This document shows, one piece after another, positions 55,031 to 64,000 of a stretch of 64,000 nt of DNA. Both the position numbers and the translations under genes were made by a program. The notes beneath the pieces are model-generated. The model worked only from the letters and a program-made list of their open reading frames with translations, did not search any database and was not told where the DNA came from. The stretch lies in the NCBI RefSeq assembly GCF_009914755.1, contig NC_060929.1; one strand, 5' to 3'. This DNA comes from the human T2T-CHM13v2.0 reference genome, Homo sapiens. The first letter of the stretch is position 1. Each line of letters starts with the position of its first letter.

Positions 55031-58000
55031 AGGGATCTTAGCAAGATGGTGGATAGGAGGCAGGACCAGCTTGCAGCTCCAGCTCGGACAGACACGTAAA
55101 CACTCATATTGTGAACTTTTGCTACAGAACTGCTGCAGGAATATACTAGGAAAGCTGAGAGAATCCACAGACCCTCTGAAGGAAGTGGATTGCTTCTGCA
55201 GGACCCAAGAAACAGCCCAAATACTGTGAGTGCCCAAACTGTGACAGTGGGAAAAGAGGATTGTCTGCCCCCAAACACACCCTCACTGGGGAACCTGGAG
55301 GTATAGATCATGGAAAATGGATTTGACCTTACCTGGATCTGAGTCAGTTTAGAGAGCTGAGAGAACTACAGGGGTGTAAGAAGCGGCGGGAAAAGCCCTG
55401 TGGTCTCTCTGGGTCCCCAGAGAAGCCATTTCTGACTTCTCTCACAGGGGTCCTTGAGGAGGGCTGCCAGAGTAACTGGGAAGAGACCACAGGGAGAAGG
55501 AAACCTCCAGCTAAACTTGGTAACAATTCCAACCAAAGGCGAAGTCTCCTGGCCAGAATTCGGGGGAGGGTGTGAATTCAATGCAGACTCAACAGGCTGG
55601 GAGGCGTGAAAGCCCTGCTTGCTTTCTCAGATGGAAAGCTGGTAGCCTGGGGCAAGTTCTCAGCCATACCCACTACTTGGAAACAAACTCAGGGGGAGCA
55701 CAGTGGGAGTGAGACCAGCCTTTTGGGATGTATAGGAGCTGGGTGAGGCTTGTAACTGCTGGCTTTCCCCCACTTCCCTGACAACCTGCATGACACAGCA
55801 GAGGTAGCCATAATCCTCCTGGGAACATAACTCCATTGACCTGGAAACCACACTCCCATTCCCCACAGCAGCCATGGCCCCACCCCTTGGGCAGGAGTTG
55901 CCCAAGGAGAGTCTGAGCTCAGACAAGCCTAACCCTGCCCGCACTTGATGGTTCTTCCCTACCCACTCTGGTAGCTGAAGACAAAGAGCATAATCTGTTG
56001 GGAGTTCGAGGGCGCTGCCCACTTCCTGATTCTCCATATTCTACCATAGCTGATACTCTCTTGAAAGTACCACCTCCTGGCAGGAGGCCAACCAGCACAA
56101 AAATAGTGTATTAAACAACCAAAACTAAGGACACTCACAGAGTCCATTTCACTCCTTTTCCACCTCCACTGGAACAGTTGCTGGTATCCGTGGCCGAGAG
56201 ACCTGAAGATGATTCACATCACAGGACTCTGCAGACAACTCCCAGTACCAGCCCAGAGCCTGGTAGCCCTGCTGGGTGGCTAGATCCAGAAAAGAAATAA
56301 CAATTACTACAGTTCAGCTCTCAGGGAGTCACATCCTAGGAAAAGGGGGAGAGTACTACATCAAGGGAGCACCCCATGGTGAACAGCAGAACAAAAGAAT
56401 GTAAACAGCAGGCTTGAGCCCCAGATCTTCCCTCAGACATAGCTTACCCCAATAAGAAGGAACCAGAAAAACAATTCTGGTAACATAACAAAACAAGGCT
56501 CTTTAGCACCCCCCACCATCAAAATCACACTAGCTCACCAGCAATGGATCCAAACCAAGAAGAAATCCTTGATTTAACCTGAAAAAGAATTCAGAAAGTC
56601 AATTATTAAGCTAATCAAGGAGGTACCAGAGAAAGGAGAAGTACAATTTAAGGAAATAAAAAAAAATGATAGAAGATATGAGGGTAGAAATCTTCAGTGA
56701 AATAGATGGCATAAATGAAAAACAGTCACAACTTCAGGAAATAAAGGACACACTTAGAGAAACGCAAAATGTTCTGGAAAGTCTCAGCAATAGAATCGAA
56801 CAAGCAGAAGAAAGAACTTCAGAGCTCAAAGACAAGGTTTTTGATTTAACCCAATCCAACAAAGACAAAGAAAAAAGAACTTTAAAAAGTGAACAAAGCC
56901 CCGCAGAAGTTCGGGATTATGTTAAACAACCAAACCTAAGAATAATTGGCATTCTTGAGGAAGAAGAGAAATCTAAAAGTTGGGGAAACATATTTGGGAC
57001 TTAATTAAACTAAAGACCTTTTGCATGGCGAAAGGAACAGTCAGTAGAGTAAACAGACAACCCAACGAGTGGGAGAAAATCTTCACAATCTGTACATCCA
57101 GCAAAGGACTAATATCCAGAATCTACAAGGAACTCAAGCAAATTATCAGGAAAAAAACAAACAATCCCATAAAAATAGACATGAATAGACATGAATAGAC
57201 AATTCTCCAAGGAAGATATACAATGGCCAACAAACATATGAAAAAATGTTCAACATCACTAATGATCAGGGAAATGCATATCAAATCCACAATGTGATAC
57301 CACCTTACTCCTGCAAGAATGGCCATAATAAAAAAAAAATATAGATGTTGGCATGGGTATGGTAAACAGGAACACTTTTACACTGCTGGTGGGAACTAGT
57401 ACTGAGGGAAGAGAGAGACCCTCTCATATTGTTTTATATTGTTTCATACTCAGTACCTGTTTTTTTTAAAAAAAAAAAAACCAAGGACGTAAAACCCAAG
57501 ACAGGCAGCTGGGCGCCAAGCCCGAAACCAGGTCTGGGCCTGCCTGGCCTAAACCCAGTAGTTAAAAATCAACTCATAACTTAGAAACCAATGTTATTCA
57601 TAGATTCCAGACATTGTATAGAAGAACATTGTGAAACTCCCTGCCCTGTTCTGTTTCTCTCTGACCACTGGTGCATGCTGCCCCATCACGTACCGCATGC
57701 TTGCTCAAATCAATCACGACCCTTTCATGTGAAATCTTTAGTGTTGTGAGCCCTTAAAAGGGACAGAAACTGTGCATTTGGGGAGCTTGGATTTTAAGGC
57801 AGTAGCTTGCTGATGCTCCCAGCTGAATAAAGCCCTTCCTTCTACAATTCAGTGTCTGAGAGGTTTTGTCTGCGGCTCGTCCTGCTACAGTACAAACACT
57901 GTGTAAAACAGTATGGAGATTCCTTGAAGAACTAAAAGTAGAACTACCATTTGACTCAGCAATCTCACTACTGGGTATGTACCCAGAGGAAAATAAGCCA

Positions 58001-58550
58001 TTATACAAAAAACATACTTGCACACACATGTTTATAGCAGCACAATTTGCAATTGCAAAAATGTGGAACCAGCCCAAATGCCCATCAGTCAATGAGTGGA
58101 TAAAGAAACTGTGGTATGTATATATCATGGAATACTACTCAGCCATAAAAGGAATGAATTAATGGCATTCACAGCAACTTGGATTATATTGGAGACTTAA
58201 TCTAAGTGAAGTAACTCAGGAGTGGAAAGCTAAACATTGTATGGTCTCACTCATAAGTGGAAGCTAAGCTATGAGGACGCAAAGGCATAAGAATGACACA
58301 ATGGACTTTGGAGACTTGGGGAAAAGATGGGAGGGGGTTAGGCATAAAAGACTACAAGTAGGGTGCAATGTATACTGCTCGGTGGTGGTTGCACCTAAAT
58401 CTCACAAATCACCGCTAAAGAACTTATTCATGTAACCAAACACCACCTATTCCCCAATAACCTATGGAAATAAAATATTGATAAAAGAGCTTACTCATGT
58501 AACCAAATACCACCTGTTCCCCCAAAATCCTATGGAAATTAAAAAAAAAA
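55031..58550 (+). mobile_element. L1PB1-like element with an intact 5'UTR and 3' end but a large internal deletion
   Basis: YY1 box caagatgg at 55042. The 5'UTR is homologous to the antisense of 8000-9540. ORF1 fragment 56666-57004 joins ORF2 WDLIKLK at about 56995. Degenerate TSD aaaactg(ct/ac)tttaa at 55012-55025 and 58547-58560, preceded by TTT. Confidence 0.92.
57403..57889 (+). mobile_element. ERV1 solo LTR, LTR15-like, inserted in L1PB ORF2
   Basis: tgagggaagagagagaccctctcatattg...cgtcctgctaca, with AATAAA near 57826. Perfect 4-bp TSD gtac at 57399-57402 and 57890-57893. Confidence 0.85.
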
Positions 58551-58857
58551 CTGACTTTAAAAAAAATTGTGGCAGACTGTAATGTGAGTATGAACAGCTT
58601 TTATTTTATCATGACACTTCAGATACTCTGTTTTGTTCTTTAATCATTTTAATGGAGGAGATGCATCTAGTAGGCAATCTGTTGTTCACTCTTTTTTAAA
58701 AAAATATTTTTCTTGGAAAAGATATTAACCTGAAATATGTGCATAAATTTTTTCCTTTTCCTTTCATTATTTCAGTTTTTTTTTCACTACGTTGGCATTG
58801 TTCTAAGCACTGAGGTTTTCTTTCTTTATCTCTCTCTTTGCTTTAAAAAGATGTAGA

Positions 58858-59149
58858 GGGTGGGTATGGTGGCTCATGCCTGTGATCCCAACACTTAGGG
58901 AAGATGAGGTGGGAAGATCACTTGAGTCCAGTAGTTTGGGACCAGCCTGGGTAACATAGTGATACCTCATCTCTATGAAAAATCAAAAAATTAGCTGAGT
59001 GTGGTGTCACACACTTTTAGTCCCAGCTACCCAGAAAGTTGGGGTGGGAGGATTGCTTGAGACTGGGAGGTTGAGGCTACAGTGAGCTGTGATTGCATCA
59101 CTGCATTCCAGCCTAGGAGACAGAATGAGAGCCTGTGTCGGAAAAAAAA
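58858..59149 (+). mobile_element. AluJ
   Basis: gggaagatcacttgagtcc and gaggctacagtgagctgtgatt. TSD-like aaaa(g/a)atgtaga on both sides. Confidence 0.92.
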
Positions 59150-60599
59150 TGTAGAAATGAATTAATCTATAAGCATATAAAGGAAGTGTGAACATTTAAA
59201 TGGAAAAATATATAAAAGTTCAGCCTTAATTGTGTTTTAAACCAATATTACTAAAATGTACTTATCTACACTTCAGTCTGAAAGATTAGCAAGCTGATAG
59301 AGACATTTTAAAATTACGATTTTAGCATTATAGATTTCTGTTTTTTTAAATCAAGATGTGAATACAAAATAAAGAAAAATGATGAGTGATATTGGATTCC
59401 TATCAAATATGCTCATATTCAGACTTAAAGTTATATGAAATGCAAATTTCATGCCAATTAAAATTATCATATTCAGAAAACAACATATCCTGAGATTATA
59501 CACTTCATATTTTAATACTTGTGCATGCAATACATTTGGAGTATATAATCATGAAATTGTCAAGTTTTTGTGCATAGAAAGAAATAATCTATTATCTAGC
59601 ATGACAAATGGCCAATAACCATTCCTGTGTCTTCTAGTAAAAGCAATATTCATTCCTTTGACTTGGTAATCATCATTCAATGATTTACCATTTCTTTGTG
59701 CTTTTTGAGGCCCTTAGCAAATTGCAAACCTCGTATTTTTCAGGAGAAACAGTTGGAATAAATTAAGAGGAGCAGACCAATATGCCATGCAACAAATGAG
59801 AAAACCACATTAGGGTTTATAGGGGGCCTATCTTCAGTGTTGAAATGGTTTTTCCTTCATTCTTATGGGAGCCCCATTCTCATCTTCAAGCTTGAACCGT
59901 TCAGCTTGTTTTCTCTTGGCATTCGAATGGAAAAGTAGAGTGAGCCAGGCTTTAAATTAAATAGCAGAGTACTCTTGGGATGGGGGCCTAGTGCTATTCA
60001 TAGGGAGTTGTTTTTATTCTCTGCTTTGCCCCTTCTTGGATGAGTTAGATTGGAGTGTGTACCTCAGTTCTCCATTCTATAAACAGAATGCAGTCACTCA
60101 TTTACAGAGCCTTGTTAATGCCTATGCACACTTTCAAGAAAGTATTGAAGCCATCACATGAAGCTTTTCAGTATGATCCTTTTCCTTAAATCTGTGTTGA
60201 AGGTCTGGCTTGTTATAAGTACCCCTCTATTTTGAAAATGAACGATGTTTGAAAGATTATTATTGTGGAAAGAATTGGCACCAAAAATCAAGTGCCAGTC
60301 TTTCTTATTCCAAACACATTGGAACTTCTTGACAAACTGGGTCCCTGAGTGAAATCAACCTAAAGGAAAGGGAGTTTGAAACTGGCAGGAATATTTAAAT
60401 GCCCACCCAATAAGTCAGAAATTATAATCACCCTGGCTGAATTTCCTTATAAATGAAAAGTCCTGCAAGTTTTGCCATGAATTAAGGGTAAATAGATTCA
60501 AAAGTCATTTATAACAATTCATATCTAATCCCAACACATCTTTGTCAGGACTGTAGTCTAAGCCTTGGATAACAGTGGTTTATGATAACTGAACTGAAT

Positions 60600-60810
60600 T
60601 GCTCTTGAGGCAGTTAGAAGTTAGAAAATTGGTTACTAGCCAGGTTATATTAGGCAAAAATCATGTAATCATTATGAACCTTATTTCTTCATCTTTAAGA
60701 TGGGGTATGTTCTCTCATAAGATTACAATATTAAATAATTTTAATATAAAATATGTTTAGTACTGTTAGTGGCCTCTAGTAAGAATTAAAAATCAGTATT
60801 ATGTTGTTAG
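60600..60810 (+). mobile_element. MIR fragment
   Basis: gaaccttatttcttcatctttaagatgggg core. Confidence 0.6.
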
Positions 60811-60900
60811 ATGGTTAATATATCTATCACCCTAAACATTAAGTGAATGAGTTAATATGAACCATTAGACACACTTGTAAATTTCAGGACATTTTATTTC

Positions 60901-61271
<371 letters not shown>

Positions 61272-61480
61272 TAAAAGCTATGAGTACTTAATTTTTACTG
61301 GTTCTTTTACTTAGTGAATTACTTAGTGAATTATGCCAATTATTGCTCACTAGGACAAAAGTTAAAAAGCTTATCTATGCTATGCTGTGATCAACTCCAT
61401 TTCCACAAAGTGATGATGAACAAACTGATGAACTCTTCCTAATCTGGTAAGGCCACTGATGGTTGTAAGAGGGGAGATAT

Positions 61481-61634
61481 CAGTGATTCTCAACTCTGCT
61501 GCTTGTGAGAATCACCCTGCCTGAGCTCCATACCTGAAGATTCTGGTTTAATGGATCAGGTAAGGACCTGTCCTGACTGGGTGCTAAAAGCTCTCCAAGT
61601 GCGTTTACCATGCAACCAAGATTGAGACTCACTG
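61481..61634. mobile_element. MER5A1/MER5-family hAT MITE
   Basis: Terminal inverted repeats cagtgattctcaa...ttgagactcactg. Confidence 0.8.
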
Positions 61635-64000
61635 GGTTGTCTGTATGGAAGCTTTGGTTTTAGCAGAGTTGCTCTTAACAAGGTCTAAATTGTGAATTTA
61701 TCCATGTTTTCATCAAGGGTAGTAACTAGCACTTGGGAGTTAACCTTGTTTGTTTTTTAGGTTGCTTTAGTTTAGTTCAACTCATGCACTGAAGATTTCA
61801 AGTTCAACTGTAACTTTTAAGGAAATTTTATTCCCCCTTTGCTGTCTATGTTATGGCTTATACGTGAAAGGCTCCCACTTCGAATGTGAGAGTTAATTGG
61901 ACTCATTTGCAACTATTGAGTGCATTGCCCAAATTTAGACAAGCAGTATAAGTGAACTCCAGTTAGTGTGGGCATGAGTTTGGCATCCTTTTTTTTCTGT
62001 CTTTCTAATGCTACTGAAATTTTTTAGAAGTGCCTGCTATTGTATTTTTAGTCTTTGGTTAGTGATGTTTATATCAAGCACAGGTAATATCACATTTAGT
62101 AACTGATGAATCCACAGATGAAGAGAACATGTGAGCTTCCCTTAAGGGAGGCTGCTAGGTGCAGCCCACGTTACACCTTCCTGACTGTCCTGTATTGGTC
62201 CATCTGTCTCCACATCTCGTTCCTACCGCCAGGGCTCTTCGTTCCACTCTGGAACTTTGAGAAGGGCCCTTCCTCAAGGACAAACTTGAGCGCTTCCTCC
62301 TCCATAAACCTTTTCCACTTCTGGCTATCCCTGCCTCTGTGATCCCATCTTCCTTTTCATTCCTGTTTTCACCCACCCCATAATCCAGTTACTTCAAGGC
62401 TGCCATTTATACTTTTTACGTCTGCATCTTGTCTTTGTAACTAGCTTTAAACTATTTCAGGTTTAGGGAAATTCTATTGGCTTTACGAATAAGGTCCTGT
62501 ATTTCTTGATAAATGTGTGATGGTGGTGGTGAAGTAGAAATTGCTTTTGAGAAAAAGAATAGACATGGTCTGGATTTATTAGGGAAGACAACAGAGAAAG
62601 TAGAACTTGAACAGACACAGAGGATTTGGTAGAATTTATGTTGTTGGAGGAGAGATCCGTCTACAAAGTGCTATTTTTGGTCAGGCATGCATATTCTGTC
62701 TGTGTGTGTGTGGCCTGTGTGTGTTTACAAACATACACATAATATGTACATGTAGTGCCTTACTTCTTAATACATGACTTCAGAATCTTCCCTGATATAT
62801 ACCAGTTTTGCATATCTGATATATACCAGTGTTTCAATTTCCAGTCTGCAAGTGAGGGCAAAACATACGTCTTTGAAACTTACTTCTAAATGCCAAGTAA
62901 AGGAATGTACACATTATTCTGATTCGTATACACCCTTAACTGGAGTGAATTCTAACTGTTGTTCCTTATCATTTTTCAATAACATGATCGGGAAAGAAGG
63001 AATACTAATGTTATCTTATAACCTTAGCACTTGCTATTTAAAAATTTGTAGCCAAATGTCTTCCCATATGCATTTTGAACTAGGAATATTGTATTGGAAT
63101 AGAGCATCAGTGATCTCATTCACTTAAAAGTTTGTTTGGCATTGCATGTGAAATTAAAAGCTTTTAAAGTTAACTGTGTAACAGAGATGCAACTGGAACT
63201 CTTGTCAGCAGTCCTAGCTCTGACAGCTACCTTAACTGCATAATTGGAACATGGGAGATACAAGAGGAGGGATAGTAAAATTAGCCATTAACCTGTTTTT
63301 AATTATTATGGCATTGATGTCAAGTCAATGCCACTGTCACAAAATCATCTTCTTTTGCTCATTTGGTTTGGGGGACTAGACTTTTCTGTCCAGTAAGGCA
63401 TTTATTTATTCAAAATTTATAGCTTAATTTTAGGTTGAGGGCCTTTCTGTATACCCAATTTTCTTTTTCTTCTGAGGACTACTCAGCTTTCTTACAACAT
63501 ACTTGACCTTGCATCTAGCCTTCCTCCTAAATTTCCCTGTGGTTTTGTATTCAGCATTAGCTGACTCCCACAGTAAATTCAGTGTGCCCAATTACTTTTC
63601 ATAATGAAGCTCATGTAAATTGGAGTAGAGCAGAGGTTTTATTAATGAGACTGATCTATTATTAAGGTTGCTTCGATTATCTTTTCTGAATAGTGAGATG
63701 AAAGTCAGAAATAATATAAAGTCTCTTGTCAATAGGCTTGATAAAGAAAAGGAAGCTTGGGAAATTTATATTTCTCAATTGTTTTTTTGCTTTTGGCAAG
63801 GCAGAGTAATTTATTTCAAGTCCTATTCTAGTATTTTATAATTTCAACTAGAAAAATTCAGATCTTCTAAAGGTATATCAGTCATACATATTGAAAATTT
63901 TATTTATGTGCAATATGGAGCTGAATGGTGGTATCCTTTGGAATCCATGTATAGCAGATTTTCTTGAATACTCATGTTTTCATTTCTTATTTTCTGTTTT

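Overview
This is primate (catarrhine/human-like) non-coding genomic DNA, and most of it is interspersed repeat. It holds a nested L1 stack at 1-11750 and a second at about 25940-31940, an internally deleted L1PB at about 55030-58550, and 11 Alus from AluJ to AluY. It also holds a full THE1D-like MaLR provirus, solo LTRs (MER4E-, MSTA-, MLT2B-, LTR17/HERV-W- and LTR15-like) and DNA-transposon fossils (MER53, MER58A, Tigger2a, Tigger3, MER5). No intact protein-coding gene, rRNA, tRNA or CRISPR array is supported. The ORFs in the track are broken L1 ORF1/ORF2 fragments, Alu/LTR read-throughs or chance ORFs. I found no convincing new biological system. The most unusual signals are small structural ones: three fold-back (template-switch) inverted duplications inside Alus, one of which creates a consensus splice donor and an AP-1 site; a ~166-bp locally templated insertion later hit by a HERV-W LTR; an L1 with an ORF1-to-ORF2 junction and a duplicated 3' end; and an L1 insertion with a target-site deletion. 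Repeat subfamily names come from recalled consensus sequences, not from a database search. Boundaries without a target-site duplication (TSD) are approximate.
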